A stretch of 39,622 nt of DNA, taken from the NCBI GenBank assembly GCA_937867625.1, contig CALMKR010000218.1:1-39622 (forward strand), given 5' to 3'. Numbering within the stretch: position 1 is the first letter of the stretch; every line of letters starts with the position of its first letter. Source of the DNA: an uncultured bacterium. GTDB lineage: Bacteria; Patescibacteriota; Minisyncoccia; Phycocordibacterales; UBA918. The position numbers were made by a program, and so were the translations under genes. The notes under the pieces were generated by a model, which searched no databases, was not told the origin of the DNA, and saw nothing but the letters and a program-made list of their open reading frames with translations. Below are positions 1-8,357 of this stretch, in pieces.

Positions 1-55
1 GTACTTGTGGAAACGAAGCTAAAAGAGAAGCTATACAGCAGGAACTCTTAAAAGC
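1..55 (+). repeat. 55-nt exact direct repeat, copy 1 (copy 2 at 39340..39394)
   Basis: gtacttgtggaaacgaagctaaaagagaagctatacagcaggaactcttaaaagc is identical at both sites. Both copies encode CTCGNEAKREAIQQELLKA. Confidence 0.9.
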
Positions 56-161
56 CGAATTAAAAGGTTTTGATAAAGCATTTGATAGTCATGATTACGA
101 TGGTTTAAGAAAATACAAGTCCGACCTACAAGCTAAACTAAAAGGCACAAACAATGAGTGA
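1..161 (+). CDS. 3' part of a small ORF spanning the window junction (5' part at 39607..39622); hypothetical protein, paralog of 39258..39533
   Basis: The frame is open from nt 1 (codons at 3, 6, ...) to TGA 159-161. Joining 39607-39622 to nt 1 gives MKYSNCTCGNEAKREAIQQELLKAELKGFDKAF...LQAKLKGTNNE. The stop overlaps the next start (ATG 154). Confidence 0.6.
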   Translation, partial: TCGNEAKREAIQQELLKAELKGFDKAFDSHDYDGLRKYKSDLQAKLKGTNNE

Positions 162-606
162 TATAAATCGTAGTTATAAGGTTTTTTTTGGAGACAACAG
201 AGAAGAAGCCATAAAAAGGGACGGGGAAAAATGTGTTAAGTGTATGATTACCAGGGATGAGCATAAAGAGAAATACAATAGAGATATAACCGTAGACCAT
301 ATAGATGGAAAAGGTCGAAATACTCCGCTAAAACTAAAAAATAACTCACTCAATAATTTGCAAACACTGTGCCTATCTTGCCACGGTAAGAAAGATATAC
401 TACGAAGAACAGCACTAAATACAGCAACAGGAGAAAGACACGGTAGTGCAAAACTTAAACAGCAGGATGTTGACGATATACGGATGTTCTACAGCCGAGG
501 TATAAAAGTCAAAGACATAGTGACCGTATATCCAGTATCTAAAATAACACTCTACTACATAGTCAATGGTACTACATGGAAAACTAATAATAAGGGAGAT
601 GAATGA
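154..606 (+). CDS. HNH homing endonuclease with C-terminal HTH-like region
   Basis: Motif VDHIDGKGRN...NNLQTLCLSCHGKKD (H-N-H with Cys pair). The C-terminal part resembles DNA-binding modules of homing endonucleases. Confidence 0.8.
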   Translation: MSDINRSYKVFFGDNREEAIKRDGEKCVKCMITRDEHKEKYNRDITVDHIDGKGRNTPLKLKNNSLNNLQTLCLSCHGKKDILRRTALNTATGERHGSAKLKQQDVDDIRMFYSRGIKVKDIVTVYPVSKITLYYIVNGTTWKTNNKGDE

Positions 607-746
607 TGGGTAAAGAACTAGAATTACTAATCAGAAAAAACGCACTCAAAGATGTAGAAGTTTGGTTATACCAACAGTACGAGGAGATTGCTAGAGAGCT
701 TGATGAGATAAGAGCCTCTAATGAATTGGAGAGTAGTGATGATTAA
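603..746 (+). CDS. hypothetical small protein (47 aa)
   Basis: ATG overlaps the HNH stop (ATGATG at 603). The 3' end overlaps the next start (ATGATTAA). Not in the track because it is under 60 aa. Confidence 0.3.
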   Translation: MMGKELELLIRKNALKDVEVWLYQQYEEIARELDEIRASNELESSDD

Positions 747-1161
747 CGAGATAAATGAAAATACATCAGACGGTTATCATACATTTAAGGAGCTATACGA
801 GTATAGATTGCTTTACAACGCCTGTATGTTTAATGAGCTGTACCGAACCCACCAAGAGTACGACATACATAAAAGCTGGAAGCATTCAGACGGTGAATTA
901 GCCTTTGGCGGTGGATGGTTTGTAGTTGTTGCTCAACTGCCAACAGGTCAAATAACAAACCACTATGATATGAAAGACTGGTATTTGTTTGACATTGAAG
1001 AACGAGATACAGCTGATAAATGGGACGGTCACACACCACAGGACGTAGCTGAACGGTTACGAGTCTATGCCGAGAGCTATGAGAGTCTCGCTAAAGTTCG
1101 GGCGAAAACTTCGTCTAGCGTACGCAAGCCCAAAAAGGACACTACAAGGGAGTCAGAATGA
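739..1161 (+). CDS. WDGH-motif protein of unknown function
   Basis: ORF contains ...ERDTADKWDGHTPQDVAERL. Start moved to ATG 739, which has GGAGAG 5 nt upstream. The 721 start is also possible. Confidence 0.5.
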   Translation: MINEINENTSDGYHTFKELYEYRLLYNACMFNELYRTHQEYDIHKSWKHSDGELAFGGGWFVVVAQLPTGQITNHYDMKDWYLFDIEERDTADKWDGHTPQDVAERLRVYAESYESLAKVRAKTSSSVRKPKKDTTRESE

Positions 1162-1268
1162 TATATCGAATTAAACAATGGTGGGCTAAACGATGGGGCG
1201 AGTGTATGAGACAGAAGATGGGCTACTCGTGTAGGAATAGAGTGTGTAAGGGTTTAGAGGAGCATTAA
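1158..1268 (+). CDS. hypothetical small Cys-rich protein (36 aa)
   Basis: ATGA overlap with the stop of the preceding gene. Translates to MIYRIKQWWAKRWGECMRQKMGYSCRNRVCKGLEEH. Confidence 0.25.
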   Translation: MIYRIKQWWAKRWGECMRQKMGYSCRNRVCKGLEEH

Positions 1269-1273
1269 GTAAA

Positions 1274-1606
1274 ATGCTAGAGTATCTGTGTAAAAATTGT
1301 GGCAGGTCGTTTCCAAGATATAATACAACTGTAACAATATGTCAGGTTTGTGCGTATAACAAGTACACTAAACCAAACAAGCCTATTGCCAAAAGAGGTA
1401 AGAAGTCTAAAGAATATGATGATTGGCGTATAAATGTAGCAATACCCTACTTAGATAAACAATACGGTCATAGGTGTGCTATATGCGGTGTAGATGGCAA
1501 GCTTGATATAGACCATATACAGAAGCGTGGCTCACACCCGGAGCTTAAAATGCAGATAACTAATGTTCGTTATTTGTGCAGGAATTGTCATATAAAAGAA
1601 ACATAA
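1274..1606 (+). CDS. HNH endonuclease with N-terminal zinc-ribbon
   Basis: CKNCG...CQVC, then DIDHIQKRGSHPE...NVRYLCRNCH. Confidence 0.75.
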   Translation: MLEYLCKNCGRSFPRYNTTVTICQVCAYNKYTKPNKPIAKRGKKSKEYDDWRINVAIPYLDKQYGHRCAICGVDGKLDIDHIQKRGSHPELKMQITNVRYLCRNCHIKET

Positions 1607-1614
1607 AAAAGTAC

Positions 1615-1643
1615 TTGACATTATGCTTATGGTAATGTATAAT
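1615..1643 (+). promoter_or_regulatory. consensus sigma-70/sigma-A type promoter
   Basis: TTGACA (1615-1620), 17-nt spacer, TATAAT (1638-1643). Confidence 0.7.
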
Positions 1644-1649
1644 ATAAGT

Positions 1650-1755
1650 ATTAAGTTAGATGATAACTTAATAAAACAACCTCGACAGCGTACCGATAAA
1701 AGATAGCAGTCATGACTAGCAAATCACATCGAGAGCGCAACAGGTTGTTTTTTTA
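1650..1755 (+). ncRNA. candidate structured RNA of about 105 nt (sRNA or leader element 1) ending in a T-tract
   Basis: Begins about 7 nt after the -10. Hairpin attaagtta/taacttaat (1650-1672). Long-range stem aacaacct (1675-1682)/aggttgtt (1742-1749) followed by T-run 1748-1754. No ORF in the interval. Confidence 0.35.
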
Positions 1756-1757
1756 TG

Positions 1758-1766
1758 TGTTATACT
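1758..1766 (+). promoter_or_regulatory. possible extended -10 promoter (TGtTATACT)
   Basis: TG at 1758-1759, TATACT at 1761-1766. No good -35. Confidence 0.3.
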
Positions 1767-1807
1767 CTAATTATGAACTACACCGCTAGGAGTTTTAATC
1801 TAACAAT

Positions 1808-1841
1808 AGACGCATTATCTAGCGGTGGTGCGTCTTTTTTT
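1808..1841 (+). terminator. intrinsic terminator/attenuator 1 nt upstream of the RBS of the first island gene
   Basis: Stem agacgca (1808-1814)/tgcgtct (1829-1835) plus T-run 1835-1841. A competing 9-bp helix caccgctag (1781-1789)/ctagcggtg (1819-1827) uses the terminator loop. Confidence 0.55.
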
Positions 1842-1851
1842 GGAGTTAAAA

Positions 1852-2091
1852 ATGGGTAATACGATTGAATGGTTTAAATGTATGTTTAGTAAAAAACACG
1901 CTAAGAAAACAAAGCTTCGTATAACAGAGGCTAAAGAAAAGAGTATGCTAGAGAGTTTAGACATAATAGCGATACTTATATTTATGTTGCTTTTATTCAA
2001 CATAGTAAACGTCTGGTATCGCTACCAAGAGTTACAAGTTTTAAAAAACAGTGATAGAACAATAATACAAGTGGAGTTTGAAGATGAGTAG
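1852..2091 (+). CDS. small membrane protein (79 aa)
   Basis: ATG 1852 with GGAG at 1842-1845. Hydrophobic segment LDIIAILIFMLLLFNIVNVWY. The track start at 1825 (GTG) lies inside the terminator and was rejected. Confidence 0.5.
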   Translation: MGNTIEWFKCMFSKKHAKKTKLRITEAKEKSMLESLDIIAILIFMLLLFNIVNVWYRYQELQVLKNSDRTIIQVEFEDE

Positions 2092-3052
2092 AATCGCATA
2101 TATAGGTAATTTTGAGCCAGAATTTTCGACTGAAAATGATGTTCGCAAAGCGTTTGAACATCTGGGGCATACAGTTATACAGCTACAAGAAAACAAAGTC
2201 AGTATGGAACAAGTACGAGAAGAATCATTAAATAGTGACCTACTTCTAATTACTGGCACATGGGCTACTCAGCCATTAGATGAATTTATTACTCATATAC
2301 ATACTTTAGCAATCGCAGGTATACCAAGTGCTACATTACACCTCGATACGTTTTGGGGAACATCAAGAGGTGGTCGTAAGTGGTGGCTAGAGCCTATGTT
2401 TCACACTGCCTATATATTTACGGCTGATGGGGATTACAATGACAAGTGGGAGTTACTCGGCAAGAATCATATGTGGCTTATGCCGGGTGTGAGATATGAC
2501 GCAGCGAAGTTTGGTACAGAGCGTAAAGAATACGAATGTGATGTTGCCTTAGTTGGTAGTAATGGCGAGGGGTATCACGAAGATGTGTGGACATATCGTA
2601 AAGAACTTGCAGGACAACTCCGAGAAATGTGTAAGCGTAACGGTTGGACGTATAAGAACCCAGGAGGAGATGAGCCAAAAATTGACCGTAATGATGACAT
2701 GAATGACTTTTATGCAAGTGCCAAAGTCACCGTAGGTGATTCACTCTGTTTAAATAAAGAAGATTCTAAGTACTGGTCTGACAGAGTACCAGAGGCTACA
2801 GGGCGTGGTGGATTCTTAATCATGCCACAGATCAAAGCTATGAAGTACAACTACCCTAAACTTCCTACTTATTCTTGGGGTAACTGGAAACAACTAGAAG
2901 AAATGATTAAACACTACTTAGAACACGAGGACGAACGTCACACGATACAGGCTGAAAACCAACGCATTACCAAAGAAGAACACACCTACGTTAATCGAGT
3001 TAAAACTATTATGAAGATTTGCGAGGTAAACGATGAAGATGGTCAAAAGTAA
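2084..3052 (+). CDS. putative glycosyltransferase, CgeB-like (Glyco_trans_1_2-like C-terminus)
   Basis: Start at ATG 2084, 7 nt after GTGGAG. The C-terminal part ...KVTVGDSLCL...SDRVPEATGRGGFLIMPQ resembles the CgeB/YkvP-type GT C-terminal domain. Similarity judged by eye only. Confidence 0.4.
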   Translation: MSRIAYIGNFEPEFSTENDVRKAFEHLGHTVIQLQENKVSMEQVREESLNSDLLLITGTWATQPLDEFITHIHTLAIAGIPSATLHLDTFWGTSRGGRKWWLEPMFHTAYIFTADGDYNDKWELLGKNHMWLMPGVRYDAAKFGTERKEYECDVALVGSNGEGYHEDVWTYRKELAGQLREMCKRNGWTYKNPGGDEPKIDRNDDMNDFYASAKVTVGDSLCLNKEDSKYWSDRVPEATGRGGFLIMPQIKAMKYNYPKLPTYSWGNWKQLEEMIKHYLEHEDERHTIQAENQRITKEEHTYVNRVKTIMKICEVNDEDGQK

Positions 3053-3785
3053 ACTAAACGGAAAGTATGAACTGTACTTACCAGAGCATAGAGCTAACCG
3101 TGAAGAATGGCATAACGAAAAAGGTTGGGAAAAAGCTCGGCTAGAATCAATGCACAAACACATAGGTAAAGGTGATGTTGTCTACTATGTAGGAGCTGAA
3201 CTCGGAGAAATGGCGGCACTCTGTCAAATGTGGGGTGCAGAGGTAGTACTATTCGAGCCTAACTTTAGTGCATGGCCTAGTATTAAAAAAACATGGGAAG
3301 CTAACAAACTTAAAAACCCTTTGGCTTGCTATGCAGGATTTGCTAGTAATGTACATCAACCGATACCGCCTAAACCTGATATTGCTTTATTAAACGGCAA
3401 AGGTTGGGAAATAGGTGAAGATGGATTTCCACTATCTGCTAATGGAGAAATAGTCGAAGCTCATGGATTTAGTGAATTGTATTTAGAAGCTGATGGTTTA
3501 CCGCAATACAGAATTGATAACTTAGTAGCAGAGGGACTTAAACCACCAACAGTTATTACTGCTGATGTAGAGGGTGCAGATATGCAAGTACTATATGGAG
3601 CAAAAAAAACAATAGAACAGTATCACCCGAAGATATGGATGTCATGGCATCCCGAATTTCAGTTTGACCAGTACGGAATATACCTTAGAAATGCTAGAGA
3701 TTGGTTAATTGACAGAGGATATTCGGAAACGTTTTTAGACTACGAACATGAAATCCATATGTTATATGTAAGTAAGGGTGTATAA
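3033..3785 (+). CDS. FkbM-family SAM-dependent methyltransferase
   Basis: GDVVYYVGAELGEMAALCQMWGAEVVLFEPN (SAM-binding G-rich loop) and ITADVEGADMQVLYGAKKTIEQYHPKIWMSWH (the K/DxEGxE...Gaxxxl signature of FkbM enzymes). Confidence 0.75.
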   Translation: MKMVKSKLNGKYELYLPEHRANREEWHNEKGWEKARLESMHKHIGKGDVVYYVGAELGEMAALCQMWGAEVVLFEPNFSAWPSIKKTWEANKLKNPLACYAGFASNVHQPIPPKPDIALLNGKGWEIGEDGFPLSANGEIVEAHGFSELYLEADGLPQYRIDNLVAEGLKPPTVITADVEGADMQVLYGAKKTIEQYHPKIWMSWHPEFQFDQYGIYLRNARDWLIDRGYSETFLDYEHEIHMLYVSKGV

Positions 3786-4231
3786 TGTTAAGCATGAGAA
3801 CAAGACAATCAGAAATAGACATATTCAATAAGAATACTGTTAAAACTGATACTTGCTGGAATTGGATGGGTTACGTTCAAAATGCTGGTTACGGTTCTAT
3901 GGTTACATATAAACGAAATTATCTTGCTCATAGATGGGCTTTTGAAAACTTTGTAAGACCGATAAAACCAAAAATGACTATAGACCACTTGTGTAAAAAT
4001 AAAATATGCGTAAATCCTGAACACATGGAAGAAGTTACTAGAGCCGATAATATAAGACGTTGTGGGTTGCAGGGCGTTGCATTAAAAGAATCTCAAAAGA
4101 CTCATTGTAATAATGGACATGATTATTCTATATATGGCGTGAGGTATAAAAATGGATTTAACGAATATGGTACTCGTAAATATGCAAGACGATGTATAAA
4201 ATGTCATCCAAAGTTTACGAGATATGTATGA
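3785..4231 (+). CDS. HNH_3-type homing endonuclease
   Basis: CWNWMGYVQNAGYGSM...LAHRWAFENF...IDHLCKNKICVNPEHMEEVT. Paralog of 24025..24456. Confidence 0.8.
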   Translation: MLSMRTRQSEIDIFNKNTVKTDTCWNWMGYVQNAGYGSMVTYKRNYLAHRWAFENFVRPIKPKMTIDHLCKNKICVNPEHMEEVTRADNIRRCGLQGVALKESQKTHCNNGHDYSIYGVRYKNGFNEYGTRKYARRCIKCHPKFTRYV

Positions 4232-4932
4232 AAGTATTAGTTGTCATACCTGTAGCAGATTATGAGTTAGGCAAGGCTTGCATTGAATCTATATTACGAG
4301 AAGATAGTGCTTCGGGTATTGATATAGATGATGTGTTGATTATAGATAATACAAGAGAGTGGTGCTTTCCGTATGGCAAACACTACTATCGTGACCCAGA
4401 CGGACATAACATAGGCGTAGCAAGGGCGTGGAACATTGGAGCAAGACAAGTTGTAGAAAAGCAATTAGACTATCTTATTATTATGAGTCAGTCAATGTTA
4501 TTTGGACCCATAAAGGAAACGACTTGGATTAAACAAATGGAAACCTTTGCAGGGGAAAACGTTATAGAAGCAGACGGTCACTCATGGCATCTTATCGCTT
4601 TGCATAGACGGTTGTTTGAGAAAGTAGGATATTTTGACGAGAACTTTTACCCAGGTTATTTTGAGCAGATAGACTGGTGTTACCGATTAGAACTAAACGG
4701 ACTACAAAGTGCATGGGCTAGAGTATGGGTTAATGCGTTATCTCAGACAGTCGGTAATCATACGAACTTAGTACTTGCACCACCTCTGTTACAATACTAC
4801 CGTGAAAAGTGGGGTGGAGATAAAGGAGAAGAAACATTTAAACTTCCGTTTGGCGATAAGCCTATAGGTTACTTTCCTAATAATTCTATACCATACCTTG
4901 CTAAAAAGTATGAGCTAAAGGAGTGGTGGTAA
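4228..4932 (+). CDS. family 2 (GT-A) glycosyltransferase
   Basis: Start at ATG 4228 (ATGA overlap with the HNH stop). KVLVVIPVADYELGKACIESIL...VLIIDNT...NIGVARAWNIGA...VGYFDENFYPGYFEQIDWCYRL matches the usual GT2 layout. Confidence 0.7.
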   Translation: MKVLVVIPVADYELGKACIESILREDSASGIDIDDVLIIDNTREWCFPYGKHYYRDPDGHNIGVARAWNIGARQVVEKQLDYLIIMSQSMLFGPIKETTWIKQMETFAGENVIEADGHSWHLIALHRRLFEKVGYFDENFYPGYFEQIDWCYRLELNGLQSAWARVWVNALSQTVGNHTNLVLAPPLLQYYREKWGGDKGEETFKLPFGDKPIGYFPNNSIPYLAKKYELKEWW

Positions 4933-5588
4933 TGAATACTTGCGGTGTAGGACACAAACAACACGACAGGCTGTTGCTAGATACACAGCTTGGTAAGATG
5001 TGGGCGTATGATTCAGAAAAATATAGTAATCATGCAGGGTATTACTGCACCGGTCAAGATGCTATATCGGGTGCTTTAAGGATGCAGGGGTCATGGGAAG
5101 ATAGAGATACACGCCCTATATCTGAAATTCTTATTAACGGTAATAGAGATAACATTGTAATAGACTTTGGCTGTCATATAGGTTGGTATACGATCATGGC
5201 TGCACAGCTTGGCTATCATGTTATAGCAATAGACGGTGACGCTGAAAACTTAGAACTTTTATCAATGACAGCACAACTTCACGGGGTATCAGATAAGATT
5301 AAACTTATACATGATTGGGTAGACCAAGACTTCACACTTGGATTGCCAGATGTAGGTATTGAACTGGTAAAAGTAGATTTAGAGGGTAATGATGACTACG
5401 CTGTAAATTCGGTAGACCTTAGAAATGTTAAAAACTTGTATGTAGAAATATCACCTGCATTTAATAAACGTTATCCTGCACTTGTTAAAAAGATTACCAG
5501 TCAAGGCTTCAAAGCATATTACCCAGAGGACAAACCGTTTGACGATGACTTTTCTGAGAGCCAAATTAACTTGAGGTTTTCACGATGA
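4932..5588 (+). CDS. FkbM-family SAM-dependent methyltransferase (second copy)
   Basis: Start at ATG 4932 (TAATG overlap, GGAG upstream). VIDFGCHIGWYTIMAAQLGYHVIAIDGDAENLELL and LVKVDLEGNDDYAV. Confidence 0.7.
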   Translation: MNTCGVGHKQHDRLLLDTQLGKMWAYDSEKYSNHAGYYCTGQDAISGALRMQGSWEDRDTRPISEILINGNRDNIVIDFGCHIGWYTIMAAQLGYHVIAIDGDAENLELLSMTAQLHGVSDKIKLIHDWVDQDFTLGLPDVGIELVKVDLEGNDDYAVNSVDLRNVKNLYVEISPAFNKRYPALVKKITSQGFKAYYPEDKPFDDDFSESQINLRFSR

Positions 5589-6445
5589 TAGCCTACCTTT
5601 TATCGCTTAACCCAGACGCTAATATAGCCGACCAGTGGGACTTTGGTTTTCTTAAAGATATGTTTACGGATTTAGATGTAGAGTTTGAATCTGTAGACAC
5701 TATACCTAAAGGTGATAAAGCTATTGTTGTAATACCAGCTCGACATCACGCAGGAATGGAAAAGCAAGTACAAAAAGAATTAGACAATCTGAATCACTGT
5801 GTACTGTTTTTAATGGGTGATGAAGAAGCAGAGTTTGACATAGACCAAATACAGGCAACTCATATATGGGTACAAAATCCTCATCTTGGTAAGCATGACA
5901 AATACAACAAACTTGGTACAGGTTACCCACAACACATGAGCGATATACTCGAAGCTGTAGTACTTCCGATCAAAAAGAATGTAGATATATTCTATGCAGG
6001 ACAAAAGACTCATCAAAGACGAGAAGAACTTTCTGGTCAGTTAAAGACAATGCACCGTAAAAACAAGATAGAAGCTTACGACACACAAGGCTTCACACAG
6101 GGCATGAGCCATTTAGATTACTATATGGGTATGGTTGGAGCTAAAGTCGCTCCTGCACCCTCTGGTGCGGTCATACCGGATAGTTTTAGACTGTTTGAAG
6201 CGTTAGAGTGTATGGCTATCCCCATAGCCGATCAGAAAACAGCTAAAGGCGAAGTTATGGAGTATTGGGATTGGTTATTTGGCGAGATTACGCCATTCCC
6301 TCATATCACCAACTGGGAATCGTTACCGGCTTATATGAAAGAGATTAAAAAAGATTACCCACACAACATACATAAACAAACTGCGTGGTGGCTAATGTTT
6401 AAAAGGAACTTTAAATTGAAAGTATTGGAGCAATACAATGGCTAA
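5585..6445 (+). CDS. putative glycosyltransferase (exostosin/GT-B-like C-terminal signature)
   Basis: IFYAGQKTHQRREEL...APAPSGAVIPDSFRLFEALECMAIPIAD resembles the acceptor/nucleotide-binding C-terminal region of exostosin-like GTs. Weak, by eye. Confidence 0.35.
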   Translation: MIAYLLSLNPDANIADQWDFGFLKDMFTDLDVEFESVDTIPKGDKAIVVIPARHHAGMEKQVQKELDNLNHCVLFLMGDEEAEFDIDQIQATHIWVQNPHLGKHDKYNKLGTGYPQHMSDILEAVVLPIKKNVDIFYAGQKTHQRREELSGQLKTMHRKNKIEAYDTQGFTQGMSHLDYYMGMVGAKVAPAPSGAVIPDSFRLFEALECMAIPIADQKTAKGEVMEYWDWLFGEITPFPHITNWESLPAYMKEIKKDYPHNIHKQTAWWLMFKRNFKLKVLEQYNG

Positions 6446-6626
6446 ACTTAATCAAGAAATATTAGAATATTTAGCAAGCCTAGATGTTAGTGAAACGGCT
6501 ATAGAAATATTTAAACAGTTTACTATTGAAGCAGAAGCATATCACCCTAATAGCAATATGTATAGGTCGCTAGAACGTGACGCTATGTTAAGAATAGGCT
6601 ATGAGCTTGGTAAAAATGAAAAATGA
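6438..6626 (+). CDS. hypothetical protein (62 aa)
   Basis: ORF overlaps both neighbours within the coupled operon. Confidence 0.4.
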   Translation: MAKLNQEILEYLASLDVSETAIEIFKQFTIEAEAYHPNSNMYRSLERDAMLRIGYELGKNEK

Positions 6627-7359
6627 TATAACAGTCATATTAGTTAGTTCCGTACTACCGAGCCACCCAAAGCTAGATATTATTGAGGAAACTATTGCTA
6701 GTATTAGACATCACTTGCCAGACAGTGAGATTATTTTACAGATAGACGGACTACGAAAAGAACAAATAGACCGTAAAGCAGATTATGACGAATATAAGAA
6801 TCGTATACTATGGAACTGCCTACACAAGTATAAGAATGTATTACCTGTAGTATTCGATGAACACTCACATCAAACAAACATGATGAAAGCTACGATTGAT
6901 TTAATCAAAACTCCACTGATGTTGTATGTAGAGGGTGACGCTCCTTTAGTTAAGGACGAGAAAATAGACTGGGAGAAGTGTATAGCGTTTATTATGAGCG
7001 GAGAAGCCAACACTATTCGTTTTCACCACGAGGGTAAGATACCTCTAGAACATGAGGGGCTTATGCTCGGCAGAAAAGACAAGTTTATGCGTACTTACCA
7101 GTGGAGCCAACGACCACATTTGTCTACGGTTATTTATTACAAGGAGACGGTTTTACCTACGCTCCGAGAGAAGTACTTTATAGAGGACACTTATCATGGA
7201 GTGGTCATGAACGCATGGCATGAATACGGACATTTAGGATGGGCCAAACATAGGCTGTGGATTTACTACCCGAATGAAAAGAACATTAAACGAAGCTACC
7301 ATATAGACGGACGAGCCGGTGGCTTAAAATATACGTCAGATGACGAGGTAGGATTATGA
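6601..7359 (+). CDS. putative GT-A-fold glycosyltransferase
   Basis: N-terminal ITVILVSSVLPSHPKLDIIEETIASIRHHLPDSEIILQIDG and an acidic YVEGDAPL (DxD-like) motif. The start could be ATG 6616. Confidence 0.4.
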   Translation: MSLVKMKNDITVILVSSVLPSHPKLDIIEETIASIRHHLPDSEIILQIDGLRKEQIDRKADYDEYKNRILWNCLHKYKNVLPVVFDEHSHQTNMMKATIDLIKTPLMLYVEGDAPLVKDEKIDWEKCIAFIMSGEANTIRFHHEGKIPLEHEGLMLGRKDKFMRTYQWSQRPHLSTVIYYKETVLPTLREKYFIEDTYHGVVMNAWHEYGHLGWAKHRLWIYYPNEKNIKRSYHIDGRAGGLKYTSDDEVGL

Positions 7360-8357
7360 AACTCACGCTATTAGTAGTGGCTAGTAAAACTGGGCTTGGT
7401 TACCAAACGAGATCGTACTATAAACATCTCAAACCTCACAAGACTATTATTATAGACATCTCTAATTTAAATGGTATGGAGCAGAACTACGATTGGTATC
7501 CTGACGCTCAGATAATTAAAGGCATACCGAAAGATGATCAACTGCAAGGTATGTTGACCGATACAGACGTACTGATGACTGCTGAAACTCCATACAATAT
7601 GAATTTGTATCAGGTGGCACGGTCAATGCAAGTCAAAACTGTATGTGTAGAAAACCCTGAATTTTATGACCATATTAAATACCCACAGTATCAACTTCCC
7701 GACCTTATGATCTTACCGAGTACATGGCTAGAACAGGAGATTACGAGACACGCCAACGCCAAAGGCACTAAGGTTATCCAACTGCATCACCCTGTAGACC
7801 GAGAAGAAATTGAGTTTAGACTTCGTGAAAATAATAAGGTCATGCACATAGCCGGAAAGCCTGCATCACATGATAGAAATGGAACGTGGGATTTTCTACA
7901 AGCGTGTCCAAATGGGATAGTCACTACGCAAGTAGAGGAGTTTGCTAACCAGATTAGAAAACGATACAGAGACACAAGAGTTATATCTAACATACAAGAT
8001 CCAAAATATCTATATTTACTAGGAGATATACTTGTAATGCCGAGAAAGTATGGCGGTAACTGTCTACCGTTAAATGAAGCTTTAGCAAGTGGTATGCCAG
8101 TAATCATGCCTGATATTACACCTAACAATAATCTACTACCGCCTGAGTGGTTAGTACCAGCTTATATAAGTGATTCGTTCACTCCTCGTACCAAGGTAGA
8201 TATATGGACAACCGATCACAAAGCTCTAGTAGAACGTATACAATGGATTAAGTCACAGGACATGAAAAAACTATCACAGCAAGCGAGCAATATAGCTGAT
8301 ACGATTAGTTGGAAAACATTACTACCTAAATATATGGAAGCATTGGAAAGTTTATGA
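7356..8357 (+). CDS. GT-B fold glycosyltransferase (family 1/4-like)
   Basis: LGDILVMPRKYGGNCLPLNEALASGMPVIMPDITPNNNLLP is the typical C-terminal nucleotide-sugar binding motif of GT1/GT4 enzymes. Confidence 0.65.
   Translation: MKLTLLVVASKTGLGYQTRSYYKHLKPHKTIIIDISNLNGMEQNYDWYPDAQIIKGIPKDDQLQGMLTDTDVLMTAETPYNMNLYQVARSMQVKTVCVENPEFYDHIKYPQYQLPDLMILPSTWLEQEITRHANAKGTKVIQLHHPVDREEIEFRLRENNKVMHIAGKPASHDRNGTWDFLQACPNGIVTTQVEEFANQIRKRYRDTRVISNIQDPKYLYLLGDILVMPRKYGGNCLPLNEALASGMPVIMPDITPNNNLLPPEWLVPAYISDSFTPRTKVDIWTTDHKALVERIQWIKSQDMKKLSQQASNIADTISWKTLLPKYMEALESL

Noticed and set aside
1-55. The 55-nt identity with 39340..39394 considered as a simple terminal assembly overlap.
   Set aside because: The second copy lies 228 nt from the window end, not at it. 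The flanks encode diverged but homologous proteins with their own RBS and stops. The k-mer-like length is still flagged in the findings for read-level verification.
1650-1755. Attempt to assign the structured leader RNA to a known riboswitch class (preQ1, SAM, c-di-GMP and others).
   Set aside because: I could not recognise any conserved core of a known class. It is reported only as an unclassified structured element.
1825-2091. Upstream-extended start codons from the ORF track: 1825, 2078, 4192, 4923, 14308, 33018, 34223, 35361 and 36730.
   Set aside because: They use GTG or TTG, or internal ATGs lying inside terminators, promoters or the preceding gene. Downstream ATGs with GGAG-type RBS or ATGA/TAATG coupling fit better. 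The trimmed coordinates are given in the features.
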